From NCBI GenBank assembly GCA_963775425.1, contig CAVZJB010000003.1:384001-448000 (forward strand): 64,000 bases of DNA, given 5' to 3'. This document shows positions 36,691 to 46,557 of the stretch, one piece after another. Made by a program: the position numbers and the translations under genes. Source of the stretch: an uncultured delta proteobacterium (GTDB taxonomy: Bacteria > Myxococcota > UBA727 > VGSZ01). Every line of letters starts with the position of its first letter. Within the stretch, counting starts at the first letter, position 1. The notes under the pieces were generated by a model. That model saw nothing but the letters and a program-made list of their open reading frames with translations, was not told the DNA's origin and ran no database searches.

Positions 36691-39599
36691 GCGGTCGCAG
36701 CATCCGGCGGCCTCGACTGTGCGTCAAGCATCGGCCGGACCTGGCTCTGCAGCCAGTCGATGGTCTTCCTCACGACGCGGTCGCGGTCGTCGTCGAGCTC
36801 GACGCAGCGTTCGTAGAGCTCGGCCGGCGGCGCCATCACGGCGAAGGTGCGCAGCGCGGTCTCGCGCACGATGGCCTCGGGGTGGCGCAGGTGCGCCGAG
36901 ACGATGTGCTTGAAGCGATTGAGGCCGAGCTCGCCGGTGACGTGCAGGGCGACGATGACGAGCCAGGGATCGCGGCCGGTGAGGTACCCCTCGATCCAGT
37001 CCTGCGGCGCCTTGCGCGCGAGCTTGTACAGCTCGGAGCCGCGCGCGAGGACGCGCTCGCGCGGGCCGTCCTCGACGAGCGGGAGCACCCGCCGCTTCTC
37101 CTCGGCGTCCAGCAGGTTGTCGAGCACCTCGACGGCGTTGGAGCGGGTGGTGGCCTGCGTGCTCTTGAGGTTGGCGTGGATGAGCTCGATGGCCTTGAGC
37201 GGGTAGACGATGGCGAGCAGCCGGAAGACGCGGTCGAGGCTGCGCGCGAGCCGCTCCTCGATGGCGTCGCGCAGGAGGTTCGGCCCGTCGTGGCCGGCGA
37301 TGGGCTGGAGGTCTTCGAGCGCGGCGAGGTTCTGGTAGTGCTCACGGATCTCTTCGTCGACGAGCGTGCGCACCCTCGCCTCGTCGATGCGCGAGCCCAG
37401 CCGGTCGCGCAGGCGCGCGGCCGCGCGCGCGGCCTCCCGCCGCGTGTCGGGGTCGCGCACGGAGAGGCTCGTCATGAGGACGTCGAGGCACCTCTGTGTC
37501 CCGATGCGCTCGAGGATGCGCGGGACCTGCCGCCGCAGCGTGGGCTCCTCGCGCTCCTGCGCCAGCACCTTGCCGAGCACGTCCACGACGGGCTCGCCGT
37601 AGCTGGCGAGGGCGAGGGACGCGGCGCGGGCGGTGTCGCGCTGGCCGAGCTTGTAGACCAGCGCGGGGATGAGCTCGGGGGAGCACATGGCGGCGGCGGC
37701 GGCGATGGCGGCGTTTTGCACGCGCGCGCTCGGGTCGCGCATGAGCGCGAGCGCAGGCTGATAGAAATTCTTCACGCCGATGTCGCGCAGGACGCCTGCG
37801 GCGGCGAAGCGCACCGCCTCCTCCGGCGAGGTCTGCATCTCCTTGAGGTGCTCCGCGGACAAGAGGATTCCCTCGAGGCCGCCGTGCTTGATGAGCGACG
37901 CCACGGCGGCTCCCCGCACCTGCGGCGCGTCGCTCTTCAACATGTCCTTCACCACCCGCAGCGCGGGCTCGCCGACGATGGCGCAGAAGGCGCGGACGGC
38001 GGCGGCGCGCACCTCGTCGTCCGGGTCGGAGAACAGCGCGTGGATCCGCTCGGAGGCGCCGATGGAGGAGCTGATGGCCAGGATCTCGAGCGCGCGCACG
38101 CGCAGGTCCGGATCCTTGTGCCCGAGGAGCCGGACGACGTCGGCGGTGAGGTCGTGGCCCTGCACGCGCCGCGCGAGCTCCACGGCGTTCCTCACCTCCG
38201 CGGGGTTCTGGCTCTTCAGCGTGCGGCGCAGCACCGCCACCGTGGCCTCGTCGCCGATCACGAGCGTCTTCTCCGAGAAGTCGAGCCGGCGCTTGCGCAG
38301 CGTGTTCAACAGCTCGGTGACGTACTCGCGGCGAATCAGGAGGATCAGGGCGATCCACAGGCCCGTGAGCGCCGCCGCCACGAACGCCAACGCGGTGAGC
38401 GGCAGGCCGAGCGGCCCCACGAGCGCCACCATGGCGCCGCCGGCGATCCCGCCCGAGACCGGTTTGACGATGCCGTCTATGAAGGTCTTGGCCCGCCCGC
38501 GCACGTGTCCCGGGACCGGCGTGTAGATGACTTGCATGGTGGCGTCGTAGATCGAGTAGCGGAACGAGTTCTCGCAGCCCTTGGTGTACACGGCCCACAC
38601 GAACGCCGTGCCGACGACGGTGGTGATCATCCCGCTCAGGCCCAGGAGCAGCATGGCAGGCAACACGAGCAGCGACACCACGACGCCGAACCGCTCGAGG
38701 ATGCGGCCGGTGAGGCCGAGCTGCATCACCGCTGCGACGACGCCGGTGACGGCGGAGAACGCGCCCATGAACGCCGACAGCGCGTCGGTGTGGACGGCGT
38801 GGGTGACGGCGTCGGTGAAGTGCACCTTGGCCAACACCTTGAACTGGTAGTCGATGAGCGGGACGGTGATGAAGGTGGCCACCGTCATGCCGGCGATGAT
38901 GCGCAGGTGCTTGCTGGCGAAGACGTCCACCACCTGGCTCGTCACCTGGAACTTCTGGACCTTCTTGCCTGCGCCCTGCTTCTGGATCACGGCTTCGCGC
39001 AGCCGCGTCTTCTCGAGGGCGCCGAGGCGCGCGACGACGGCCGCGCAGCCACCGATGAGAACGATCATCACCCACAGGAGGTTCTCGGTGCCGATGACCT
39101 TGACGAGCCCGGAGACGCCGGCGCCGCAGACGATGCCGGCGAAGACGCCGCCGGCGCCGATGAACGGAAAGAGCCGCTTGGCCTCGCGCGAGCTGAACAT
39201 GTCGCCCGCGAACGTCCAGAATTGCAGCATCAGGAAGATGCCGATGACCTCGACGTAGTTGTAGAGCACCACGTAGCCGACCTTGGGGGCGAGCATGACG
39301 AGGATGCGGCAGGAGAGCAGGCCGACGGCGATGAGCCCGAGGGTGCCGAGGATGAGCTTGTCGCGGCGGAAGCGGTCGGCGATCCGCGCGTACAGATATG
39401 CCGGCAGCGGCAGCACCACCGCCACCGAGATGTACATGTAGGCGAGCACGTCCTTGGAGAAGACGGTGAGGAAGAGCGAGTCGCGCGCGATGCGCCCCAT
39501 GATGAACGCCGACACCGCCAGCAGGAGGTACCCGGCCATCAGGAAGACCTTGCCGGCCTCGCCGGGGCGGATCTTGAGCGCCTGAAGGATCGCGTTCAC
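36687..39599 (-). CDS. NTT/TLC-family (Npt1/Npt2-like) nucleotide transporter fused to HEAT repeats
   Basis: About 12 TM with ARDSLFL, QFW....D.F..REAKRLF, DYQFK and RGRAKTFID; then repeated VR..A HEAT units. Confidence 0.88.
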   Translation of the reverse strand: MNAILQALKIRPGEAGKVFLMAGYLLLAVSAFIMGRIARDSLFLTVFSKDVLAYMYISVAVVLPLPAYLYARIADRFRRDKLILGTLGLIAVGLLSCRILVMLAPKVGYVVLYNYVEVIGIFLMLQFWTFAGDMFSSREAKRLFPFIGAGGVFAGIVCGAGVSGLVKVIGTENLLWVMIVLIGGCAAVVARLGALEKTRLREAVIQKQGAGKKVQKFQVTSQVVDVFASKHLRIIAGMTVATFITVPLIDYQFKVLAKVHFTDAVTHAVHTDALSAFMGAFSAVTGVVAAVMQLGLTGRILERFGVVVSLLVLPAMLLLGLSGMITTVVGTAFVWAVYTKGCENSFRYSIYDATMQVIYTPVPGHVRGRAKTFIDGIVKPVSGGIAGGAMVALVGPLGLPLTALAFVAAALTGLWIALILLIRREYVTELLNTLRKRRLDFSEKTLVIGDEATVAVLRRTLKSQNPAEVRNAVELARRVQGHDLTADVVRLLGHKDPDLRVRALEILAISSSIGASERIHALFSDPDDEVRAAAVRAFCAIVGEPALRVVKDMLKSDAPQVRGAAVASLIKHGGLEGILLSAEHLKEMQTSPEEAVRFAAAGVLRDIGVKNFYQPALALMRDPSARVQNAAIAAAAAMCSPELIPALVYKLGQRDTARAASLALASYGEPVVDVLGKVLAQEREEPTLRRQVPRILERIGTQRCLDVLMTSLSVRDPDTRREAARAAARLRDRLGSRIDEARVRTLVDEEIREHYQNLAALEDLQPIAGHDGPNLLRDAIEERLARSLDRVFRLLAIVYPLKAIELIHANLKSTQATTRSNAVEVLDNLLDAEEKRRVLPLVEDGPRERVLARGSELYKLARKAPQDWIEGYLTGRDPWLVIVALHVTGELGLNRFKHIVSAHLRHPEAIVRETALRTFAVMAPPAELYERCVELDDDRDRVVRKTIDWLQSQVRPMLDAQSRPPDAATA

Positions 39600-39705
39600 G
39601 GCAGGACTCTACAGCGACGCGCCGTCGCCCGAGCCCTTGCGCTTGTCTGGTGCGACCGCGCCGGTTTTTTGCGCCCACCGGGGCAGTTGCGCTACCGATG
39701 GAGCC

Positions 39706-40663
39706 ATGCAGCGCCCCCCGCTCGCCGGCCTCGCTCTCGTCGTCGCGGCCGCCGGTGTGGTCGCCGGCGCCGCCGGGTGCGCGACCACGGCTCCGGCCGC
39801 GACGGCCCCCGCGGCCGCCGCCGCCCACGCGCGCGAGGACGACGTCAGCGTCCTCAAGGAGCGCGTCTCCCGCCTCGAGCGGCGCCTCGCCGACGTCGAC
39901 ACCAAGCTCGCGCTCCTGCTGGCGCAGCGCCGCGCGCGCGCCGACGACCACGCCGTCGCGCGGCGCCCGGTGGACCTCGGGCCCCGCGATTCTGATCGTC
40001 GATGAGCCCGCGCCCGAAGAGGCGTCCCTCGGGGCGCGCTCGAGCAGATCGGCGCCCGAAGGGATCGGCCGCGCGGGCTCGCGGTCCATCGACCTCGCCA
40101 CGCACCCGTCGCCGTACGCGGACGCGCCGGAGCCCGCCGTCGACGACGCCTACACCGGGGCGGGGCAGGCCGACGACGGACCGCCCATCGTCATCAAGAT
40201 CAACGGCGACGCCCCCCGCGACAGCGTGGTGCGTCCGAGCCGCGGCTCGAGCGGCGGGCTCGACCTCGGCACATCGAGCGGGCTGCCCGTCAAGGAGCGC
40301 TACGACGAGGCCATGGCGGAGATGAAGGCGGGCCGCACCCTCGAGGCCATCGCGGTCTTCGAGGACATCGCCGCCCGCCACCCCAAGCACGACCTCGCCG
40401 ACAACGCCGTGTATTGGACGGGCTTCTGCCACCAGACGCGCGGCGACCACAAGCTCGCCATCGACGTCTGGCAGAAGCTGCCGATGAAGTACCCCCGCAG
40501 CGCCAAGATCCCCGACGCGCTCTTCGGGATGGCGGTCTCCGAGGAGGCGCTCGGCGAGCCGGCGGTGGCCGAGACGCTCTACGCCCAGATCGTCAGCCGG
40601 TACCCGAGGGCGGAGAAGGTGCGAGAGGCGCGAAAGGCCCTCGAGCGCCTGCGGCCGAGATGA
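39706..40663 (+). CDS. CpoB/YbgF-like lipoprotein (coiled coil plus TPR); apparent frameshift near 39980-39992
   Basis: Lipobox AAGC and coiled coil in one frame (stop at 40005). TPR domain (Y..A....G....AI..F..HP...LADNA.YW.G..YP.S.K.PDA) in another frame. Confidence 0.8.
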
Positions 40664-40728
40664 CGGACAAAAATTTGGGTGGGGCGCGGGCGACGCTTAG
40701 TCTCGGGGTGATCCCGTAGGGGTAATGC

Positions 40729-41877
40729 ATGCGACGTCTGCTTCCGCTCCTGGCTCTCACGATCGCCCCGCTCGTCCACGCACAGGACGAGGGCGGCGAC
40801 CAGCCCGCGACCGACGAAAACGCCGGCGCCGAGGAAGGAGAGAGCACCGACGAAGGCGCCAAGGCCGACACGTTCGGCGGCGGCAACGACACCGGCAACA
40901 AAGAGGAGAAGGCCCTCAAGGTCGACGAGAGCGAGACGCCGTCGTCCGCGCCGGAGCAATATACGGTGCAACCCGGCGACACCCTGTGGGGGCTGTCCCA
41001 GCGCTTCCTCAACAACCCTTGGTACTGGCCGAAGATCTGGTCCTACAACCAGACCATCGACAACCCGAACTGGATCCACCCCGGCACGGTCTTGCGCTTC
41101 TACCCCGGTGAGACGCCGGTCGAGCAGGTGCAGGACCAGGACGAGGAGCCCGACTTCGAAAACATCGACGAAGGCGGCGGGTTCGAGGTGAGCCAGCCCA
41201 TCGACACGCACCTCAACGAGGGCTCGGACACGCGGCGGCGCGAGTTCTTCATCCCGTCCGAGCGGCTCGAGGACTCGGGCGAGATCGAGAACTCGCCCGA
41301 GGAAAAAGAGATGCTCGTCACCGCCGATCGCGTCTACGTCAAGCTCAAGAAGGGCGGGCCCGGGGACGTCTTCCAGATCTTCCGCAAGGAGCGCGAGCTG
41401 CGGCACCCCGTCACGGGCGCCACGGTCGGCACCATCGTCACCGAGGTCGGCGAGGTCCGCATCGACCAGACGGGCAGGGAGGAGAGCCTCGGCACCGTCG
41501 TCACCGCCTGGGATCCCATCGAGCGCGGCTATTACGTGGCCAACCTCCCGGTGCGCACCGACCCGGTGAAGCGCGTCGAGAACTCCAAGAACGTGAAGGG
41601 TTACGTCGTCGACGCCGCGCCGGCGCCGCTGTCGTTCATGGGCGAGAGCTACATAGCGGTCGTCGACAAGGGCAGCCGTGACGGCGTGCAGGTGGGCAAC
41701 ACCTTCACCATCGTGCGCGCCGGCGACCCCTACACCAAGGAGTACTCGGGCATGGCGGACGAGGACATCGGCGAGATCATCGTCGTCGAGGTCTTCGACA
41801 ACGCCTCCACCGGCCTGTTGCTCGCGGCGTCCCGGGTGATCGTCCCCGGCGACCGCGTCGAGATGCGCACCAAATAG
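40729..41877 (+). CDS. LysM peptidoglycan-binding protein
   Basis: Signal peptide, YTVQPGDTLWGLS.RFL..PW.WP.IW..N..I.NP.WI.PG, HPVTG and VDKG..DGV..G. Confidence 0.92.
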   Translation: MRRLLPLLALTIAPLVHAQDEGGDQPATDENAGAEEGESTDEGAKADTFGGGNDTGNKEEKALKVDESETPSSAPEQYTVQPGDTLWGLSQRFLNNPWYWPKIWSYNQTIDNPNWIHPGTVLRFYPGETPVEQVQDQDEEPDFENIDEGGGFEVSQPIDTHLNEGSDTRRREFFIPSERLEDSGEIENSPEEKEMLVTADRVYVKLKKGGPGDVFQIFRKERELRHPVTGATVGTIVTEVGEVRIDQTGREESLGTVVTAWDPIERGYYVANLPVRTDPVKRVENSKNVKGYVVDAAPAPLSFMGESYIAVVDKGSRDGVQVGNTFTIVRAGDPYTKEYSGMADEDIGEIIVVEVFDNASTGLLLAASRVIVPGDRVEMRTK

Positions 41878-41961
41878 CCGACGCTCCGCGTCGTGACGCG
41901 GTCGGATTCCAGCTCTACGCCCGCGCGGCATGGACGCCGAGCGGGCTGCTACACTGCCTGG

Positions 41962-42507
41962 GTGCTGGTGCGGCTTCGCGTCGGTGGCATCACCCTCGAC
42001 CCTCGTGACGGACGGGCCGTGATCCTTCTCGTGGACACGAACGGTGCCGCGTCCCCGCGCGTCTTCCCCCTGTGGGTGAGCGACGACGAGGCCGCGGCGG
42101 TGGCGCGCGCGGTCCAGGGCCGCGGCCACTCGTCCTCGACGGACACGCACGGCCTCCTCGCGGCGACCGTGCGCGCGCTGGGGGCCACGGTGGAGCGCGT
42201 CGAGTTCACGGGCCTGGTGTCGTCGGTGGTGACGGCGTCCGTCGTCCTCGGCGACGCCGACGGCCCGATGTCGCTGCCCGCGCGCCCCTCCGACGCCGTG
42301 GCGCTCGCTTTGAGGAGCGGCGCCGCCATCCTCGTCCCCGAGGAGCTCCTGGCCCACGTCGCCGCGCGCGTCGCCGACGCCGAGGCCCGCACCGGCCCGC
42401 GCAACGCCGCGGCCGCGGAGCCCGTGTACATGTCGCAAGCCGAGCGTTGGAACCAGCTCCTCGCGCACCTGTCGACGCAGCGCTCGCCCAAGCCCTTCGA
42501 GGGCTAG
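41962..42507 (+). CDS. Bifunctional nuclease (DUF151) family protein
   Basis: V.LL..FPLW....EA.A, TH.LL and ARPSDAVALALR..A.I.V. Confidence 0.85.
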   Translation: MLVRLRVGGITLDPRDGRAVILLVDTNGAASPRVFPLWVSDDEAAAVARAVQGRGHSSSTDTHGLLAATVRALGATVERVEFTGLVSSVVTASVVLGDADGPMSLPARPSDAVALALRSGAAILVPEELLAHVAARVADAEARTGPRNAAAAEPVYMSQAERWNQLLAHLSTQRSPKPFEG

Positions 42508-42511
42508 CAGC

Positions 42512-42877
42512 TCAGCGGGCGGAGGAGGGCGCTCGTCGCCGCAGCCACGCCGCGGCGACGGTGACGGCGAGGGCGGCGCCGAGGGCGTCGGCGACGAGGT
42601 CGAGGCCGCTGCAGCTCCTCCCCGGCACGTAGCTTTGGTGGATCTCGTCGACGACGCCGTAGCCGACGGCCATGAACCACGCCGTCCACGGGTTGCGGGC
42701 GGCGACGAACGCGAGGGTGGCGAGGCCGCCGTAGGCGATGCCGTGGAGCAGCTTGTCGCTGTTCCAGAACTCGAGCACGTCCGGGATGGGCGGGCGGGAC
42801 ATCGACGACACCAGCCAGAAGGCGACGGTGCCCGCGAGGAACGGCAGGGAGCGGACGAGGGAGCCGGCGGCGCGCAT
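42512..42877 (-). CDS. VanZ-like membrane protein
   Basis: DKLLH...Y, YG..DE.HQ.YVPGR..S..D..AD..G. Confidence 0.9.
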   Translation of the reverse strand: MRAAGSLVRSLPFLAGTVAFWLVSSMSRPPIPDVLEFWNSDKLLHGIAYGGLATLAFVAARNPWTAWFMAVGYGVVDEIHQSYVPGRSCSGLDLVADALGAALAVTVAAAWLRRRAPSSAR

Positions 42878-42892
42878 GGGAAGCGATCGCGC

Positions 42893-43870
42893 TCAGCTCC
42901 CCATGAGCTTGCGGCCGACGATGCGCTTGAGGTCCTGGTGCTCCTGAGAGACGCGCTGCAGCTCTTTTTCCATCTGTGCGACGCGCTCGGTGAGCCGGTG
43001 GTGGAGCACGGCGAGGTTCTGGAACTCCTGAAGCCCGATGGCCTCGCGCGAGGGCATCGGCGCCTGGCCCTCCTCTGCGTTGTTCACCACGGCCGCGATC
43101 TGGTTGGCGAGGCCGGGCGCCGGCGGCTGGGAGATCTGTGACATCGGCGTGCGCGCCGAGAAGCCGCCCGAGCTGGGCGGCCGCGGCAACGACGAGCCCG
43201 AGCTCGGCGTGGGGGCCGGTGCGGGTGTCGCGCGCTGGGTCTGCTGCACGGGCGCGGGCTTCTGCGCGCCGTTGATGCCCGCGAGCCCGCCGTCGCGCAC
43301 GTGCTTGAACACGGTCAGCGTGATGGCCTTGAGAGTCTCGACGACGCCGGTGCCGCGAAACGCGGACGCCGAGAACGTGGGCACGCGGCGCTCGTTCAAC
43401 GCGGCGTCGAGGTCTGCGACGTCGAGGATGTCCGGGAGGTCGCGCTTGTTGTACTGAATGATGAGCGGCATCGTGTAGTAGTCGAGGCCGTTCAGCTTCA
43501 GGTTGCGCTTGAGGTCCATCAAGCTGTCTTTGTTCTGGTCGAGCATGTAGCGCTGGCTGTCGGCGACGAAGACGACGCCGTCGGCGCCCTGCAACACCAT
43601 CTTGCGCGTCTCGCCGTAGTAGGGCTGCCCGGGGACCGTGAAGCTCCTGACGACGAAGTCGAAGCCCGCGATCTTGCCGAGCTTCACGGGCAAGAAGTCG
43701 AAGTAGATGGTGCGGTCCGTCTCCGTGGCGACGGAGACGAGCTCCGTCTTCATCTGCGGGCGCATGAGCTCATGCACCTTCTGCAGATTCGTCGTTTTTC
43801 CGCACATGCCGGGACCGTAGTAGACGATCTTGGCCGTGATTTCCTTGGTCGCCGGGCTGAAGTAGACCAT
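42893..43870 (-). CDS. MglA-family small GTPase with Pro-rich linker and C-terminal coiled coil
   Basis: KIVYYGPG.CGKTTNL, T..DRT.YFD, TVPGQ, GADGVVFVADSQ and QYNKRDL; about 130-aa extension; ATG at 43870. Confidence 0.92.
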   Translation of the reverse strand: MVYFSPATKEITAKIVYYGPGMCGKTTNLQKVHELMRPQMKTELVSVATETDRTIYFDFLPVKLGKIAGFDFVVRSFTVPGQPYYGETRKMVLQGADGVVFVADSQRYMLDQNKDSLMDLKRNLKLNGLDYYTMPLIIQYNKRDLPDILDVADLDAALNERRVPTFSASAFRGTGVVETLKAITLTVFKHVRDGGLAGINGAQKPAPVQQTQRATPAPAPTPSSGSSLPRPPSSGGFSARTPMSQISQPPAPGLANQIAAVVNNAEEGQAPMPSREAIGLQEFQNLAVLHHRLTERVAQMEKELQRVSQEHQDLKRIVGRKLMGS

Positions 43871-43955
43871 TCCGCCGCGGAGCATATCCGCGGTCCGCCG
43901 GCAAAGAGAACTTTCCGTCGCGCTCTCCGTTTCGAAAGACACACACGGAGAAGCC

Positions 43956-45086
43956 ATGCGACGCCTCGCTATCCCCCTTTTGCTTACATCACTCCTGCCG
44001 ACGCTCGCTCACGCCGAGAGCCTCGTGCCCACTGTCCGAAAGCCGAAGGTGGAGATCGTGTTCGCCCTCGACACCACGGGCTCCATGGGCGGCCTCATCG
44101 ACGGCGCCAAGCGGAAGATCTGGTCCATCGCCAACGAGGTGCAGAAGGCGCAGCAGAAGCCGGAGCTGCGCATCGGCCTCGTCGCCTTCCGCGACCACGG
44201 CGACGAGTACGTGACCCGCACCACGCCGCTCACCACCGACCTCGACAAGATCTACTCGACGCTGATGGCGCTGTCCGCCGACGGCGGCGGTGACACGCCC
44301 GAGGACGTCAACGCCGCCCTCGACGCGGCGGTGAGCCAGATGCACTGGAGCGACGACAAGGACACGCTGAAGATGGTGTTCCTCGTCGGCGACGCGCCGC
44401 CGCACATGGACTACCCGCAGCAGGTGCGTTGGCAGCGCACGGCGCAAAAGGCGGTGCGCCGGAACATCTACATCAACACCGTGCAGTGCGGCGCCGACGC
44501 CGAGACGCGCACGGCCTGGAAGGGCATCGCGCACGCCGCCGAGGGCCGCTACGCGGCGATCGCGCAAGACGGCGGCGTCGCCGTCGCCGTCGCCACGCCG
44601 TATGACGACGAGCTCAAGCGCCTCGCCACCGAGCTCGACGGCACCTACCTCGAGTACGGCTCGCGCTCGTTCCGCAGCGAGCGCTCGGCCACCCGCACGC
44701 ACGCGGCCGCGCTGGCGGCCCGGGAAGCCCCGGCGCCGGTGGCCGCGGATCGCGCGGTGGCCAAGGCGGCGGCCGCGCCCCGCGCCGCCGAGGACCTCGT
44801 CGATCTCGCCAAGGACAAGGGCGGCGCGGGCGCCGCGCTCGGCGCGGTCTCGAGCGCCGAGCTCCCCGACGAGCTCAAGGGCAAGAGCGCCGACGAGCAA
44901 CAGAAGATCATCCGCGACCTCGCCGCGAGGCGCGCGAAGATCACGTCCCGCATCGCGGAGCTGAACAAGAAGCGCGCCGCGCACCTCGAAAAGACCAAGA
45001 AGCCCGCGCCCGCCGACGCCTTCGACGACGAGATCGTCGACACCCTCCACACCGAGGCCGCCGCCAGCGGGGTGCTCACCTACTGA
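43956..45086 (+). CDS. Secreted von Willebrand factor A domain protein
   Basis: Signal peptide, MIDAS DTTGSM, GGGD.PE and VGDAPPH. Confidence 0.9.
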   Translation: MRRLAIPLLLTSLLPTLAHAESLVPTVRKPKVEIVFALDTTGSMGGLIDGAKRKIWSIANEVQKAQQKPELRIGLVAFRDHGDEYVTRTTPLTTDLDKIYSTLMALSADGGGDTPEDVNAALDAAVSQMHWSDDKDTLKMVFLVGDAPPHMDYPQQVRWQRTAQKAVRRNIYINTVQCGADAETRTAWKGIAHAAEGRYAAIAQDGGVAVAVATPYDDELKRLATELDGTYLEYGSRSFRSERSATRTHAAALAAREAPAPVAADRAVAKAAAAPRAAEDLVDLAKDKGGAGAALGAVSSAELPDELKGKSADEQQKIIRDLAARRAKITSRIAELNKKRAAHLEKTKKPAPADAFDDEIVDTLHTEAAASGVLTY

Positions 45087-45114
45087 GCGCCGCGCCCGTC
45101 TATGCCCGGCCCGG

Positions 45115-46506
45115 TCAACCCGTGGCCGTCGCCGCGGGGGGCGCGCCGGCTTCGGGCGCCACGGAGGCGGCGGCGGGGAGGCGGACGCGGAACACCGTGC
45201 CGCCACCGGTGTTGTCGTCGACGACGATGCTCCCGCCGTAGGCGTCGACCACGCGGCGGACTGTGGCGAGGCCGATGCCGGTGCCCGGCGTGGCGGCGCC
45301 GGGCACCCGGAAGAACGGCTCGAAGATCCGATCGCGCGCGGAGACGGGGATGCCGGGGCCGGTGTCGGCGACGAACAGCTCGATCTCGTCCCCGGCGCGG
45401 CGCCCGCCGACCCGCACCTGCCGCACGTCGTGCCCGGCCACGAACTTCACGGCGTTGCCGACGAGGTTCAACAGCAGCACGTGAAGGAGCGCCGGCGTGC
45501 ACCCCGCCGCGAGCTCGCCGTCGACGTCGACGGTGATGGCGGCGTCGGCGCGCTCGCGGACCGGCTCCACCTCCTCGAGCACGGCCTTCATCACCTCGTC
45601 GACGTGGGCGCGCGCGGGGCCGGACGGGGTGCCGGCGCGCGCGAACGCGAGCAAGCCCTCGAGCAGGTCGACGGCGCGCCGGCTCGAACGCTCGATGCGG
45701 TCGGCGAGCGTGGGAAGCCGTGAGCCCGCGTCGGGCTTTCGCAGCATCGGGACCACGAGCTGCAACGGCGAAAGCGCGTTTTTCAAGTCGTGGGCCACGC
45801 GGCCGGCGAACGCCTCGAGATCGCGGTTGGCCTGCTCGATGCGCCCGATGTGCTCCGCGACGCGCCGGCGCTGTTGTCCGAGGAGGCGGAACACACCGCC
45901 GGCGATGAGGAGCGTGGCGAGGAAGAGCGCGGCGAACGTGAGGGCCTCCACGCGCCGGTACGCGATCATCTCGTGCTCGGACTCGTTGAGCGCGCGGGCG
46001 ACCGTGGTGTCGCCGCGCTCGGCGAAGGCGTCCATCTGATCCGCGAGCTCGTCGGCGGCGCTGCCGACGGCGTCGAGCGTGCGCTCGGCGTCATCGCGCC
46101 GGCCGGCGCCGATCTCGGAGAGCGCTCGCGCGAGCACGCCGCGCAGCGCGGCCACCCGCGGCGCGAGCGACCTCCAGTCCTGCGCCTCCTCGGGCGTCAT
46201 GGAGGCCGGCAGCGCCGCGAGGTCGGCGTCGAGGCGCGCGTTCAGCTCATCGACGGATGTCACGAGCGAGCCGACGGAGTCGTCGGGCTCGGTGAGGATC
46301 TCGAGGGTCTGCGCGCGGACGCGGGCGAGCCCGCGGCCGATGTGGCCGATGACGAACGCGGAGCGCGACGCCCGTTCGGTGAGGGAGCGCGTGCTCTCCT
46401 GCAGTTGGTGGCTGTCGTAGGACGAGTACGCCCACACCCCGGCGATCAACACCAGGACGATGGCGAAGCCGAACAGAAGTGTCGCGCCCTCGTGGTTGCG
46501 TCGCAT
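45115..46506 (-). CDS. Membrane sensor histidine kinase
   Basis: Two TM around a helical sensor domain; H-box VAHDLKNAL, NLVGNAVKF, DTGPGI, IFEPFF and GTGIGL. Confidence 0.93.
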   Translation of the reverse strand: MRRNHEGATLLFGFAIVLVLIAGVWAYSSYDSHQLQESTRSLTERASRSAFVIGHIGRGLARVRAQTLEILTEPDDSVGSLVTSVDELNARLDADLAALPASMTPEEAQDWRSLAPRVAALRGVLARALSEIGAGRRDDAERTLDAVGSAADELADQMDAFAERGDTTVARALNESEHEMIAYRRVEALTFAALFLATLLIAGGVFRLLGQQRRRVAEHIGRIEQANRDLEAFAGRVAHDLKNALSPLQLVVPMLRKPDAGSRLPTLADRIERSSRRAVDLLEGLLAFARAGTPSGPARAHVDEVMKAVLEEVEPVRERADAAITVDVDGELAAGCTPALLHVLLLNLVGNAVKFVAGHDVRQVRVGGRRAGDEIELFVADTGPGIPVSARDRIFEPFFRVPGAATPGTGIGLATVRRVVDAYGGSIVVDDNTGGGTVFRVRLPAAASVAPEAGAPPAATATG

Positions 46507-46557
46507 GACTCGCCGCTCCCCGCCCCTGGGATGTATTCGGTCTATGCTCCCGGCGCT

